DNA of 64,000 nt from NCBI GenBank assembly GCA_963727505.1, contig CAVSGP010000005.1:192001-256000 (forward strand). Reading direction: 5' to 3'. Every line of letters starts with the position of its first letter. Position 1 is the stretch's first letter. Shown here piece after piece: positions 20,220-30,568 of this stretch. The translations under genes were made by a program, and so were the position numbers. The notes beneath the pieces are model-generated. The model ran no database searches, was not told the DNA's origin, and saw nothing but the letters and a program-made list of their open reading frames with translations. The stretch comes from an uncultured Trueperaceae bacterium. Its GTDB lineage: Bacteria; Deinococcota; Deinococci; Deinococcales; Trueperaceae.

Positions 20220-21359
20220 TCAGCGCAAGCGGCTGGCGCCGTCGGCGGGGCGGCACACGTAGACCGCGGAGCGGCGCTCGGGCGTGTCGTAGCAGCCGGT
20301 GACGGCGCGCACGAAGGCGTCGACCGCGCCCTCCTCGACGAGAGCCACGGCGCAGCCGCCGAAGCCCGCGCCGGTCATGCGGGCGCCGAGGCAGGCGGGG
20401 TGGCCCCGGGCGCAGGCGACGATGGCGTCGAGCGCGGGGGACGACACCTCGAAGTCCTCTTGCAGGCTGGCGTGCGAAGCGTTCATGAGCCGGCCGAGCG
20501 TCGCCGCGTCGCCGCGGCGCATGGCCTCGGCCGCGGCCAGCGTGCGAGCGTTCTCGCCGATGACGTGCCGCGCGCGCTTGCGGGGCAGCTCCTCCAGCCC
20601 GGCGGCGCCCGCCTCGAAGGCTTCCGGCGTGACGTCGCGCAGGGCGGGTACCCCGAAGTGCAGCGCGGCCTCCTCGCACTGGGCGCGCCGCTCGTTGTAG
20701 GCCGAGCCCACCAGGCCGCGCCTCGTGCCGGTGTCGAGCACCACCACCACGTGTCCCGCCGGCAGCGGCACGGCTTCGCCCTCCAGCGTGCGGCAGTCGA
20801 GCAGCAGGGCGTGGCCCTCGCGGCCGAGCGCGGAGATGAGCGGGTCCATGATGCCGGAGTTCACGCCCACCCAGCCGTTCTCGGCGCGCTGGCACAGGCG
20901 CGCCATGGCCGTGGGCTGCCACGGAAAGCCGGAGCTCGCCTGGAAGGCGCGGCAGGCGGCGAGCTCGAGCGCCGCCGAGGAGGAGAGCCCCGCGCCGCGC
21001 GGGACGTCGCCGGCCAGCACGCCGTCGAAGCCGGACAGCGTGACGCCGTCCTCGGCGAGCGCCCAGGCCACTCCCTTGAGGTACTCCTGCCAGCCGTCGG
21101 CACGCTCGAGCGCGCCGAGCGAGAAGCTCGCCTCCTGCTCGATGTCGACGGCGTAGACCCGCACCGTGTCGTCGACGCGCGGCCGCAACGCGATGCGGAT
21201 GTCGCGGTCGATCGCCATGGGCAGCACGAAGCCGTCGTTGTAGTCGGTGTGCTCACCGATGAGGTTGACGCGCCCGGGCGCACGCACCACGGCGGTCGGC
21301 GCCTCTGAGAAGCGCGCTTCGAAGGCCGCCTCGATCGCGCGCGGTCCGCCCGTGCTCAC
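20220..21359 (-). CDS. galK: Galactokinase
   Basis: [42 protein letters not shown] start overlaps the galT stop. Confidence 0.96.
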   Translation of the reverse strand: MSTGGPRAIEAAFEARFSEAPTAVVRAPGRVNLIGEHTDYNDGFVLPMAIDRDIRIALRPRVDDTVRVYAVDIEQEASFSLGALERADGWQEYLKGVAWALAEDGVTLSGFDGVLAGDVPRGAGLSSSAALELAACRAFQASSGFPWQPTAMARLCQRAENGWVGVNSGIMDPLISALGREGHALLLDCRTLEGEAVPLPAGHVVVVLDTGTRRGLVGSAYNERRAQCEEAALHFGVPALRDVTPEAFEAGAAGLEELPRKRARHVIGENARTLAAAEAMRRGDAATLGRLMNASHASLQEDFEVSSPALDAIVACARGHPACLGARMTGAGFGGCAVALVEEGAVDAFVRAVTGCYDTPERRSAVYVCRPADGASRLR

Positions 21360-22399
21360 GCCGGCTCCCGGTCGCGGCCTTCGGACAGAGCGCGCAGGCG
21401 CCCGGCCGCCTGCTCGGCGGTGAGGTCGCGCTGCGGCTCGCCGAGCATCTCGAAGCCGACCATGAACTTGCGCACCTCGGCCGAGCGCAAGAGCGGCGGG
21501 TAGAGGTGGGCGTGGAGTTGCCAGTGCCCCCGCTCGTCCTCGCCGTAGGGGGCGCCGTGCCAGCCGAAGGAGTAGGGGAACGACGTCTCGAACAGGTTGT
21601 CGAGCTTGACCAGCATCGGCTTGAGCAGCGCCGCCAGCGCGTCCCGCTCCTCGCCCGTCAGGTCGGGCATGCGCGGCACGCGTCGCCGGCGCGGCAGCAC
21701 CAGCAGCTCGAAGGGCCACACCGCCCAGAAGGGGACGACGGCCAGCCAGTGCTCGTTCTCGACCACCACGCGCTCGCGTCGCTCGTCCTCGAGCGCGGCG
21801 TAGTCGAGCAGCAGGGGCGTGCCGCGCTCGGCAAGGTAGGCGCGCTGGCGGGCGTCTTCCCTCGTGGGTTCGGACGGGACGACGTCGAGCGCCCACACCT
21901 GACCGTGCGGGTGGGGGTTGCTGGCCCCCATCTGCGATCCCTTGTTCTCGAACACCTGCACCCAGCGCCAGTCGCGTCCGAGCGCCTCGGTCCGCTCGGC
22001 CCACAGCTCCACCACGCGCCGGATGCCGGGCACGTCGAACTCCGCCAGCGTGAGGTCGTGGCGGGGCGAGAAGCAGATCACCTCGCAGGTGCCGCGCACC
22101 CCCCGCACGCGCATCAGCGGCGCCTCGGGTTCCGGTGCGCGCGGCGCCTCCGGCAGCAGCGCCGCATAGTCGTTGGTGAAGACGAAGGTCTCCTCGTAGT
22201 CGGGGTTCCTGGCGCCGCCGGCGCGCTCGTTCCCGGGGCACAGATAGCAGGCCGGGTCGTGGCGCGGCTTGCGGTTCTCGCGCGGCCGCTCGGTGTGGCC
22301 CTGCCAGGGCCGCTGCAGGCGGTGCGGCGAGACCAGCACCCAGTCGCCGGTGAGGGGGTTGAAGCGGCGGTGGGGATGCTCGGTGGGGTCGAAAGGCAC
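21356..22399 (-). CDS. galT: Galactose-1-phosphate uridylyltransferase
   Basis: [52 protein letters not shown]. Confidence 0.96.
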   Translation of the reverse strand: MPFDPTEHPHRRFNPLTGDWVLVSPHRLQRPWQGHTERPRENRKPRHDPACYLCPGNERAGGARNPDYEETFVFTNDYAALLPEAPRAPEPEAPLMRVRGVRGTCEVICFSPRHDLTLAEFDVPGIRRVVELWAERTEALGRDWRWVQVFENKGSQMGASNPHPHGQVWALDVVPSEPTREDARQRAYLAERGTPLLLDYAALEDERRERVVVENEHWLAVVPFWAVWPFELLVLPRRRRVPRMPDLTGEERDALAALLKPMLVKLDNLFETSFPYSFGWHGAPYGEDERGHWQLHAHLYPPLLRSAEVRKFMVGFEMLGEPQRDLTAEQAAGRLRALSEGRDREPA

Positions 22400-22516
22400 G
22401 GACCCCTCCTTTCGGAAGGACGCGGGGCGGGCGGAGCGGGCGTACACCGAGCGCCACCCAGACGAGTCTAGCAGCCGGTGTCGGTGGCAGCGATGTCGGG
22501 CGGGAAGCGGCGGGGC

Positions 22517-22569
22517 GGGGCAGCGCTGCCGGGCGGGAGCGCTGACCGGGGCAGCGCTGCCGGGCGGGA
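22517..22569. repeat. Duplicated ~22-bp element containing the palindrome GGCAGCGCTGCC
   Basis: GGGGCAGCGCTGCCGGGCGGGA occurs twice between the beta-galactosidase gene and galT. Confidence 0.65.
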
Positions 22570-22589
22570 AGCGGTCAGGCCGCCGCGCC

Positions 22590-24557
22590 TCAAACCGGCG
22601 GGTCGAGGAACGCCACCCCATGACCGGGCACCCGTACGCCGTCGACGGTGGCGTCGTCGGCGCCGAAGTTGAGCAGCGCGCCGCGGCCGACGCGGCTGCG
22701 ACGCACGGCCTCGGGCAGGAGCGTGGTGGCGACGCCGGCATCGGCCAGCAGTGGCTCGAGCACGGCGCTCAGCAGGCCGGGTTCGCCCCAGGCCCCGAGG
22801 GTGAGGCACGCCCCCTTGCCGACGGCGCGGCGGGTCAGCGCCGCGGCGCCGCCGTAGGCCGGCTCGCGGTAACGCGCGAGCACCTGGGCTGCCCCGGGCT
22901 CGGAAGTGTCCTCCACCTCGAGCAGATCGGCCCAGGTCGTGAAACCGAGGACCGCACCGTCGAGCTCGACCTCGCCGGTCACGCCTGGCCGTAGTGCGTC
23001 GACGCGGTCGATGCGCACCCCGCTGAGGCTCCGCAACGGGCCGGGGGCGGGCGCCTGGGCGACGTTGCTGCGTGTCTTGGCGCCGCTGCGGGGCCCGAGC
23101 AGGAGGAGGCCGCCCGCCTCGACGTAGCGCTGCAGGCGCTGCGCGCGCGCCTCGTCCATGAGGTGAAGCGAGGGCGCGACCACGAGCGAGAACGCCGCCA
23201 GATCGCGATCCGGGTGGGTGATCGCCACGTCGACGCCGAGGGCGCGCAGCGCGCCGTAGAAGGCGAGTTGCAGGCCCCAGTAGCTCCAGCCTTCGGCGTG
23301 GGGCTGGAGCTCGGTGGCCCACAGGTCCTCGTAGTCCAGCAGCAGCGCCACCCGGGGGGGCGTGCCGGAGATCGGCGCCAGCTCCGTGGCCACGCGGCGG
23401 ACCTCGGTACTGGCGGGTGCCGGGCGGCCGTCGTGGAGCTCGAGCCCGGCATGCATCAGCTCCTGCGCGCCGAGGGCGGCGCGCCACCGGAAGTACGACA
23501 CGACCTCGGCGCCGTGCGCGAACGCCTGGTGCGCCCACAGTCGCACGGCCCCGTCGGCCGGAAGCGGGTTCGTCTTCGCCCAGTTCACCGCGCCCGGTTG
23601 CATCTCCATCACCCAGAAAGGCCGGTCCTTGAGGCCGTGCAGGAGGTCGTGGTTGAAGCCGATCAGGTCGGGGTGGCCGACCCGCAGGTAGCGCTCCTTC
23701 ACGGCTGCCGGCAGCGGGCTCTCCTCGAGCATGCCGAGCGGGTAGGCGTCCCAGGCCAGGAGGTCGAGGTCGGCGGCCAGCGCGAAGGCATCGTAGTCGC
23801 CGAAGAACCCCATGGTGTTGTGGAGGATTCGACGGTCCGAGTGCTCCCGCAGGAGTTCGACCTGCAGGCGGTTGTAGCGGGCCACTTGATCGGAGGCGAA
23901 GCGGTAGAAGTCGAGGCTGTGGCTGGGGTTCGCTTCGGTGACCGCCTGGCCCGGCAACTCCACCTCGTCGAAGTGGCGGACTTCCTGGCTCCAGAAGACG
24001 GTCCACCACGCCTCGTTGAGGGCGTCTACGCTGCCGTAGCGCTCACGCAACCAGTCCTGGAAGGCGCTGCGGCAGCGCGGGCAGTAGCAGCGCACGGTGT
24101 CGTGGCAGCCGTACTCGTTGTCGGTCTGCCAGGCGCCGACGCCGGGGTGCGCGCCGTAGCGCCCGGCCAGCAGGGTCACCATGCGGCGTGTCTCGCTCCG
24201 GTAGGCGGAGCTGCTGAAGCACACGTGGCGGCGCGAGCCGAAGCCGCGCACGCGGCCGTCGCGGCCTACCGGGAGGATCTCCGGATGGCGATCGACCAGC
24301 CACTTGGGCGGCGTGGCGGTGGGGGTGCCGAGCACCACCTGCAGGCCCGCGTCGGCGAGGGTGTCGATGGCGCGGTCGAGCCAGCCGAAGGCGAGGCGGC
24401 CGGGCTCGGGCTCGAGCCGGCTCCAGGCGAACTCGCCGACGCGCACCCAGCGCAGGCCGAGATCGGCCATGCGCCGGGCCTCGCGCTCCCAGCCCTCCTC
24501 GGGCCAGTGCTCGGGGTAGTAGCAGACGCCGAGGGCGGATGACGGCAACTCGGGCAT
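22590..24557 (-). CDS. Beta-galactosidase, GH42 (Thermus BgaA-like)
   Basis: [58 protein letters not shown]. Confidence 0.95.
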   Translation of the reverse strand: MPELPSSALGVCYYPEHWPEEGWEREARRMADLGLRWVRVGEFAWSRLEPEPGRLAFGWLDRAIDTLADAGLQVVLGTPTATPPKWLVDRHPEILPVGRDGRVRGFGSRRHVCFSSSAYRSETRRMVTLLAGRYGAHPGVGAWQTDNEYGCHDTVRCYCPRCRSAFQDWLRERYGSVDALNEAWWTVFWSQEVRHFDEVELPGQAVTEANPSHSLDFYRFASDQVARYNRLQVELLREHSDRRILHNTMGFFGDYDAFALAADLDLLAWDAYPLGMLEESPLPAAVKERYLRVGHPDLIGFNHDLLHGLKDRPFWVMEMQPGAVNWAKTNPLPADGAVRLWAHQAFAHGAEVVSYFRWRAALGAQELMHAGLELHDGRPAPASTEVRRVATELAPISGTPPRVALLLDYEDLWATELQPHAEGWSYWGLQLAFYGALRALGVDVAITHPDRDLAAFSLVVAPSLHLMDEARAQRLQRYVEAGGLLLLGPRSGAKTRSNVAQAPAPGPLRSLSGVRIDRVDALRPGVTGEVELDGAVLGFTTWADLLEVEDTSEPGAAQVLARYREPAYGGAAALTRRAVGKGACLTLGAWGEPGLLSAVLEPLLADAGVATTLLPEAVRRSRVGRGALLNFGADDATVDGVRVPGHGVAFLDPPV

Positions 24558-24586
24558 GGGGTCCTCGATCCAGCGGGTGGGGCCGG

Positions 24587-25417
24587 TCAGTCCTTGACCG
24601 CGCCCGCGGTGATGCCCGCTACGAAGAAGCGTTGCAGGAACAGGAACAGCACCAGGAAGGGCACCGTGGCGATGGCGGTGCCGACCATGATGCCGCCCCA
24701 GGACACGCGGGTGAGACCCACCAGGGTGCCCAGCGCCACCGGGATGGTGTAGGCCTGCTTCTGCGTCAGGATGAGCAACGGCCAGAAGAAGTCGTTCCAC
24801 TGGAACAGGAACACCACGATCGCGACGGCGGCCAGGGCCGGTCGCATGATCGGCAGCACCACCTGCAGGAAGATGCGCGCCTCCCCGGCGCCGTCGATGC
24901 GAGCGGCCTCCAACAGCTCGCTGGGCACCGAAAGCATGTTCTGGCGCATGAAGAAGATGCCGAGCGGGTAGGCGAGCCACGGCAGGATGACGGCGATCCA
25001 GGTGTTGGACAGGCGCAGGTCGCGCGCGATGAGCAGGTACTGCGGGATGGCGCGCACCTCGAACGGGATGGTGAGCGCGGCGACCACCACCATGAACAGT
25101 GCGGCGCGGCCGCGGAAGGAGAACTTGGCGAAGGCATACCCGCCCATGGCCGAGATCATGGTGGCGAACAGCGTGAAGATCGAGGCGATGGCGACGGAGT
25201 TGAAGACGTTGCGCAGGAACGGCAGATCGCTGTTGAGGTCCTTCCAGTTGGCCGCCAGACTGGTACCCGGCGCCAGGCTGGGCGGGACCGACAGGATCTC
25301 GTGGTTGGCCTTGGTGGCGGCCACGATCATCCACACGATGGGCATCAGGAAGGCGAGTGCCAGCACCAGCATGCCGGCGTTGAGCGCGATCGCCTGGACG
25401 AGCCGCTGGCGCCTCAC
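24587..25417 (-). CDS. Carbohydrate ABC transporter permease
   Basis: TM helices; EAA loop ELLEAARIDGAGE; FLFQWNDFFWPL. Confidence 0.95.
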   Translation of the reverse strand: MRRQRLVQAIALNAGMLVLALAFLMPIVWMIVAATKANHEILSVPPSLAPGTSLAANWKDLNSDLPFLRNVFNSVAIASIFTLFATMISAMGGYAFAKFSFRGRAALFMVVVAALTIPFEVRAIPQYLLIARDLRLSNTWIAVILPWLAYPLGIFFMRQNMLSVPSELLEAARIDGAGEARIFLQVVLPIMRPALAAVAIVVFLFQWNDFFWPLLILTQKQAYTIPVALGTLVGLTRVSWGGIMVGTAIATVPFLVLFLFLQRFFVAGITAGAVKD

Positions 25418-26331
25418 GGTTCCCGCCCCCCGACCACGCGGATCTGGATGAACGAGAAGACGGCCGCGATCAGCGCCACGGTGTAGGCGATGGCCGAGGC
25501 GTAGCCGAAGTTGAAGGAGCGGAAGCCCTGCTTGTACAGGTAGGTGATGAGCGTCTCGGTGGCGCCGCCCGGCCCGGTGCTGGTGATCAGCCAGGGCTCG
25601 GTGAAGAGTTGCAGCGTGCCGATGGTCGAGAGCACGAAGCAGAACAGCAGCACCGGCCTGAGCAGTGGCAGCGTGATCCGCAGGAACTGCTGCCAGCCGC
25701 TGGCCCCGTCGATCCTGGCTGCTTCGTAGAGCGACAGCGGGATCGATTGCAGGCCCGACAGCAGGATGATGGCGTTGTAGCCGGTCCAGCGCCAGGTGAT
25801 GGCGATCATCACCGTGATGAGTGCCGGTGTCCCCTGCGACAGCCAGTTCACCGCCGACAGCCCTAGGACGTGCAGGCCGTAGTTGAGCACGCCGAACTGG
25901 GTGTTGAAGATCAGGCGGAAGACGGCGGAGTACGGTACCGCCCCGAGCACGAGCGGTGCGAAGAAGGCGAACCGGAAGAAGCCCTTGAGGCGTAGCAGGT
26001 CGCTGTTGAAGGCGATCGCCAACGCCACGGCCAGCACGAGCATCACCGGCACCTGCACCACCAGGATGGTCAGGGTGTTGCCGAGCGCCTTCCAGAAGAA
26101 GGGGTCGTGGATGAGCCGGTCCCAGTTGAACGACCAGCTGAAGGTCCAGGGGCGCCGCCGGGTGTTGACGAACGAAAGATAGAACGAGTACGCGATCGGG
26201 TAGATCCAGAACATCGCGAACAGCGCGAAGAACGGGCTGAGGAACAGATAGGGCGTGAGGGGACTGCGGCGGCGCCGCGAACGGTGCGTTGCCCCGGGGG
26301 GTGCGGCCGCGCGGCCGCTGCCGAGGCTCAC
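25414..26331 (-). CDS. Carbohydrate ABC transporter permease
   Basis: YLFLSP, WRWTGYNAIILLSGLQSIP, LYEAARIDGAS, FGYASAIA. Confidence 0.95.
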   Translation of the reverse strand: MSLGSGRAAAPPGATHRSRRRRSPLTPYLFLSPFFALFAMFWIYPIAYSFYLSFVNTRRRPWTFSWSFNWDRLIHDPFFWKALGNTLTILVVQVPVMLVLAVALAIAFNSDLLRLKGFFRFAFFAPLVLGAVPYSAVFRLIFNTQFGVLNYGLHVLGLSAVNWLSQGTPALITVMIAITWRWTGYNAIILLSGLQSIPLSLYEAARIDGASGWQQFLRITLPLLRPVLLFCFVLSTIGTLQLFTEPWLITSTGPGGATETLITYLYKQGFRSFNFGYASAIAYTVALIAAVFSFIQIRVVGGREP

Positions 26332-26472
26332 GGGGCGCTCCGCTGGCGTGACGGGAGCGAGGCGTGGGTCGCTGGCGGGCGCGTGGACATGGACGCTGCG
26401 TTCATGGTCGGCGGGCTCGACGGGGCCGGTGGGTCCGGCGCGCGCGTGGTACGCGCGCCGGACCCCGTCCGG

Positions 26473-27741
26473 TTACTTCGCGACCGGCAGGCCCGTGGCC
26501 TGCGAGATCTGCCGGGCCGCGGTATCGAGCGCGGTCTTGGCGTCGGGGTACTTGCCGTCGAGGTAGTCGTTGACGACGGCGATCATGACGTTGCGCGCTT
26601 CCTGGAAGAACTGCGTCCCCACCACGGGCGGGACGTCGCCCAGGGTGCCGATGATGGTCTTCCAGATCGGTTGGTTGTCGAAGTAGGGCACGCCCTGGTC
26701 GAGCCGCGGGTCGTTCATGACGGACAGCAGGGAGGGCGTCAGGCCGTAGTTGAACAGGATGTTGATCTGGTTGTCCTTGTTGGCCAGCGCGTTGGTGACG
26801 AAGTCGTAGGCCAGCTTGGGGTTCTTCGACGAGCTCGGGATGGCCAGCGCGGAGCCGCCGAGGTTGGAGGCGCGCACGCCGCCCGGCGTCAGCGCCGGGG
26901 TGATGTAGACGCCCCACTTGCCGCTCTGGTCGGGCGCCTCGGACTCGATGGTGCCGGCGTACCAGGAGCCGAAGAAGGCGGACGCTTCCTTGCTCTGCTG
27001 GAAGAACTGGATCTGGTTGCCCCAGTCGCCGGGCCACAGGATGCCGGCGTCCCACAACTGCTTCATCGTGGACATGGCGGTGACGCAGCCGGGCTGGTTG
27101 ACCGTGACGTTGTTGCCGGCGTTGTCGAAGTAGAAGCAGCCTGCCTGGTTGGCGAGCATGCGGAACCACTCGTCGTCCGTGCCCTTGGCGATGGTCCCCA
27201 TCTTGACGTCGCCGTTGAAGAGGGTGACGAGCTTCTTGCCCTCGGTGGCGAAGTCGTCCCAGGTGTTGATGGAGGCGGGGTCGATGCCGGCCTGCTGGTA
27301 GAGGTCACGGCGGTAGAAGATCGCCGTGGGGCCGGAGTCGTAAGGGATGGCGTAGACGGCGCCGTCCTGGGTGAGCTCCGCCCACTTGAAGGCTGGGAAG
27401 TCCGGCTTGAGGCTGTCGGCGCCGAGCGTGCGCAGGTCGGTGAAGCAATCGGGGAACTGCGCCCAGAACACCTGGGCCTCGTTGTTCTCGACCAGGTACA
27501 CGTCGGGCATGTCGAGCCCGCCGGCGGCGCAGCCGGCCAGGCCGCGATCGTAGACGTTCTGGTTGCCGAGGTCCTCGACGTTCACCTGGACGCCGGGGTG
27601 CATCTGCTGGAAGCTGGCGACGGTGCTCTCCAGCGCCGCCTTGTTGATGTCCCACACCCAGACGTCGAGGGTCTGGGCGCTGACCAGGCCGGTCAGCACG
27701 AGCGTGGCGAGAACGAGCGTGATCCTTCTCAACCGATCCAC
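26473..27741 (-). CDS. Sugar ABC transporter substrate-binding protein
   Basis: Signal peptide; PDVYLVE, YAIPYDSGPTAIFYRRDL, NLGGSALAI. Confidence 0.93.
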   Translation of the reverse strand: MDRLRRITLVLATLVLTGLVSAQTLDVWVWDINKAALESTVASFQQMHPGVQVNVEDLGNQNVYDRGLAGCAAGGLDMPDVYLVENNEAQVFWAQFPDCFTDLRTLGADSLKPDFPAFKWAELTQDGAVYAIPYDSGPTAIFYRRDLYQQAGIDPASINTWDDFATEGKKLVTLFNGDVKMGTIAKGTDDEWFRMLANQAGCFYFDNAGNNVTVNQPGCVTAMSTMKQLWDAGILWPGDWGNQIQFFQQSKEASAFFGSWYAGTIESEAPDQSGKWGVYITPALTPGGVRASNLGGSALAIPSSSKNPKLAYDFVTNALANKDNQINILFNYGLTPSLLSVMNDPRLDQGVPYFDNQPIWKTIIGTLGDVPPVVGTQFFQEARNVMIAVVNDYLDGKYPDAKTALDTAARQISQATGLPVAK

Positions 27742-27941
27742 CTCCCTCGGTTGGCACGCGTCCCGACGCCGGTAGCCCGTCCGTCGTGGGTCGACGATCG
27801 GGGTGTTGTGGCGCAGATCGTGCCAACCGTGACGGCGCCGTCACCCCCTCCGGGTGGTCGCTGGGACGGGTGGGATCTGAAACCGAGGTCCCCCGCCCAG
27901 GACGGTTCCGGTGCCGACTGCGCAGGTCGCGCGCTGTCTCG

Positions 27942-27970
27942 ACAGTAGCCACGCCCTTGCCGGCCGTCAA
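27942..27970 (-). promoter_or_regulatory. Sigma-A promoter of the galactoside operon
   Basis: TTGACG-N17-TACTGT on the minus strand. Confidence 0.7.
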
Positions 27971-28026
27971 AGGCGATTGTCCCGAGGGTCGGGCCGGGCG
28001 CCGACGGCCCCTCTGGAGGGGCTCGG

Positions 28027-28074
28027 TGGAGGTTCTGGCTGGAGGTTCTGGCTGGAGGTTCTGGGTGGAGGTTG
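28027..28074. repeat. 13-bp tandem repeat (TGGAGGTTCTGGC), about 3.7 copies
   Basis: Read directly, immediately downstream of lexA. Confidence 0.85.
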
Positions 28075-28076
28075 AG

Positions 28077-28700
28077 CTAGCTGGGTTGTTCGAGCAGCGC
28101 GTCGACCAGGGCGCCGCGCAGCAGGCCCCGGTAGACGCCGTCGATGACGAGGTCCTCGGCGGCCACCTCGACGGTGGGGTAGCGCGGGTTGTGGGGGCGC
28201 AAGGCGTAGCGCCCCGGATCGAGCCGGTCGAGGTACTTGAGGGTGACGTCGCTCCCCTCGACGCGCACGGCGCAGATCTCACCGCTGCGCTGCGGCGGGC
28301 GCTTGTCGAACAGCACCACGTCGCCGTCCTGGATGAGGTCGGCCATGGAATCGCCCTCGACGCGCAGCGCGAAGCTGCCATCTTGCAGGCCGCTCAGCGG
28401 GAGGTAGCCCTCGGCCTCGGCCAGCGCCTCGCTGAGCGCGCCGGCGGGGATGCCACCGAGGACCGGCACGCCGGTGGCGCCCGCGGGCAGTGCCAGGTGG
28501 GGGGAGCGGCCGCGGCCGCGGCTCTCGAACACCAGGAAGCCCTTGCGATCGAGGGCTTCAAGGTGCTGCTTGAGCGAGACGTAGTGGACGCCCATCGAGC
28601 GAGCGAACGCCGACAGCTCCGGCATGGTGCCGGTGCGTCGGTGGTGGTCGCGCAGGCGCTCGTACACCTTGCGTTGCGTAGGAGAGAGGTCTTCCTTCAC
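28077..28700 (-). CDS. lexA: LexA-family repressor
   Basis: N-terminal wHTH (LSPTQRKVYE..HLEALDRKGF); cleavage site IPAG; catalytic Ser GDSM and Lys VTLK. Confidence 0.9.
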   Translation of the reverse strand: MKEDLSPTQRKVYERLRDHHRRTGTMPELSAFARSMGVHYVSLKQHLEALDRKGFLVFESRGRGRSPHLALPAGATGVPVLGGIPAGALSEALAEAEGYLPLSGLQDGSFALRVEGDSMADLIQDGDVVLFDKRPPQRSGEICAVRVEGSDVTLKYLDRLDPGRYALRPHNPRYPTVEVAAEDLVIDGVYRGLLRGALVDALLEQPS

Positions 28701-28701
28701 G

Positions 28702-28740
28702 TTACCTTAAATGGTAAGGTGAAGATGTGGGCGCTGTCAA
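28702..28740 (-). promoter_or_regulatory. lexA promoter with overlapping palindrome TTACC-N6-GGTAA
   Basis: TTGACA-N18-TACCAT on the minus strand, ending 10 nt before the GTG; inverted repeat at 28702-28717. Confidence 0.7.
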
Positions 28741-29014
28741 CGGCGGGCACGTCGCGCGCGTCCGCCGGCCCGCCGGAGTCGGGCCCGTTCCCCCGACCCC
28801 GACCGGGTGCGACCGAACCCGCACGGGGCACGAAAACGAGGGAGGAATACCGTGCAGCACGTGAGAGAAGGCTTGAGAACCGGCCCCGGAGGGGTAGACA
28901 AGGCACCCCCTGTACTGCTATAGTTTCTGTAGTTGGTTCGCTCTCTCCGCGTCCTCAAGCATGGACGCGTTTTTCCACATGTGACAACGAACCGTTCGAG
29001 AAGTTGAAAGGATC

Positions 29015-29728
29015 ATGATGCTCGACACTTTCGAATCGCTCGAGACGCCGTCGAACTGCGAAGCACCGGATATCGTCCCCCGCGGGTTGGCCCTGCCGAC
29101 TCGTACGTTGGAGCCGGGTCAGGTGTTGTTCGAGGCGAATCGGGAGGCGAGCAGCCTGTACGTGGTGAACTTCGGGGTGCTGAAGGCGGTGGTGCCCACC
29201 AGCCTGGGGCGCGATCGCATCGCCGATCTGTACGGCGCCGGGGACGTGCTCGGCTTGAGCGCGTTGGACGGCGGCCTGCACGCCGAGACGGTGACCGCGG
29301 TGCACGACGCTTGCCTCACCCCCATCGACCCGCAGCAGGCGATGAACGATCGCAGCCTGCGCGATTACGTGCTGCGGAGCCTGGCGCGGCAGCTCCGACG
29401 TTCCCGCGAGATGCTCGACGAGGCCGAGATGCCGGTCGGTGCGCGCGTCACCCGCGCGTTCCTGCGGCTGGCGCGGCAGTTCGGGCAGCCCAGCGACCGT
29501 GTCGGCGAGCATCTCGAAGGCGGCGGCATCGACGGCGGCGTGAAGCTGCCGCTGGCGCTGACGCACGAGGACCTGGCGGACCTCACCGGCTCGAGCCGCG
29601 TGACCATCACCCGCATCCTCGGCGAGCTGCGGGCCGAGGGCGCCCTGGAGGGCACCCGCGGCGTGTACGTCGCCAACCTCGACGGGCTGGAGCGCGCCAC
29701 CGACCACTACGTCATGCAGGTGCTCTGA
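29015..29728 (+). CDS. Crp/Fnr family transcriptional regulator
   Basis: cNMP-binding fold (LEPGQVLF..LYVVNFG.LK..GDVLG); HTH LTHEDLADLTGSSRVTITRILGEL. Confidence 0.93.
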   Translation: MMLDTFESLETPSNCEAPDIVPRGLALPTRTLEPGQVLFEANREASSLYVVNFGVLKAVVPTSLGRDRIADLYGAGDVLGLSALDGGLHAETVTAVHDACLTPIDPQQAMNDRSLRDYVLRSLARQLRRSREMLDEAEMPVGARVTRAFLRLARQFGQPSDRVGEHLEGGGIDGGVKLPLALTHEDLADLTGSSRVTITRILGELRAEGALEGTRGVYVANLDGLERATDHYVMQVL

Positions 29729-29769
29729 GCCCGCACCCCCGCGAACCGCTCCGCGAACCCCGCACACGC

Positions 29770-29803
29770 ACCGCCCCGGCCACGAAGGCCGGGGCGGTTG
29801 TTC
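29770..29803 (+). terminator. Terminator after the Crp-family gene
   Basis: ACCGCCCCGGCC-acgaa-GGCCGGGGCGGT followed by TGTTC. Confidence 0.7.
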
Positions 29804-29838
29804 GTCGTGGAGGACGCGACGGGCCGGGGCCCTCGGGA

Positions 29839-29913
29839 GCTCTGGAGTCGCCGGCTCTGGAGTCGCCGGCTCTGGAGGACCCGGCCCTGGAGTCGCCGGC
29901 TCTGGAGGGCCCG
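29839..29913. repeat. 15-bp tandem repeat x5 (GCTCTGGAGTCGCCG consensus)
   Basis: Units at 29839, 29854, 29869, 29884 and 29899. Confidence 0.9.
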
Positions 29914-29967
29914 GCGTAGGGTGGAGCGGCGCACCGCGCCGGCGAGGCTCCTATACTCGGAGGTGGC

Positions 29968-30552
29968 ATGCTGACCTTCACCGATACCGCCCGCACGCGC
30001 GTTGCGCACTTCCTCGAGATCCAGAAGGACCAGGAGGTAAGCGCGCTGCGCATCGCCGGCGACCGTACGTCGCAGCGGCTGTGGCTGGTCAAGCCCAGCG
30101 ACCGCGAGGAGACGGACGCCGTGTTCCGCGTCGACGACTTCGAGGTCTACCTGGATCCCCTCACCTCGGATCGGCTCTCCGGCGCCACTGTCGACTTCGT
30201 CGAGGGCGTCATGCAGAGCGGCTTCCGGGTGTTCTTCCCGAGCCCGAGCTGGAGCGACCCCCTGGCCCAGAAGGTGCAGGAGGTCATCGACACCGTCATC
30301 AACCCCGGGGTGGCCGCGCACAGTGGCAACGTCAGCCTGGAGGGTGTGGAGGATGGGGTCGCCTACATCTCGTTCGGCGGGGGGTGCCAGGGCTGCGGGG
30401 CGGCCGACCTCACGCTCAAGGGCGGGGTCGAGCGCATCCTGACGCAGCACGTTCCCGAGATCACCGCCGTGCGCGACAGCACGGATCACGCCGCCGGCAC
30501 CAGCCCGTACTACGTGTCGACCGACGGCGCCACGGAATCGCCGCTCTCCTGA
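29968..30552 (+). CDS. nfuA: NfuA-like Fe-S carrier (degenerate A-type domain + NifU domain)
   Basis: MLTFTDTA..VYLD..GATVDF; INPGVAAHSG, GGGCQGC, DSTDHAAG. Confidence 0.85.
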   Translation: MLTFTDTARTRVAHFLEIQKDQEVSALRIAGDRTSQRLWLVKPSDREETDAVFRVDDFEVYLDPLTSDRLSGATVDFVEGVMQSGFRVFFPSPSWSDPLAQKVQEVIDTVINPGVAAHSGNVSLEGVEDGVAYISFGGGCQGCGAADLTLKGGVERILTQHVPEITAVRDSTDHAAGTSPYYVSTDGATESPLS

Positions 30553-30568
30553 GTCCGGCGCGCCGGGG

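Noticed and set aside
29839..29913. Possible CRISPR array (also 28027-28074 and 15119-15187)
   Set aside because: Units of 13-15 bp are contiguous without unique spacers, and there are no cas genes.
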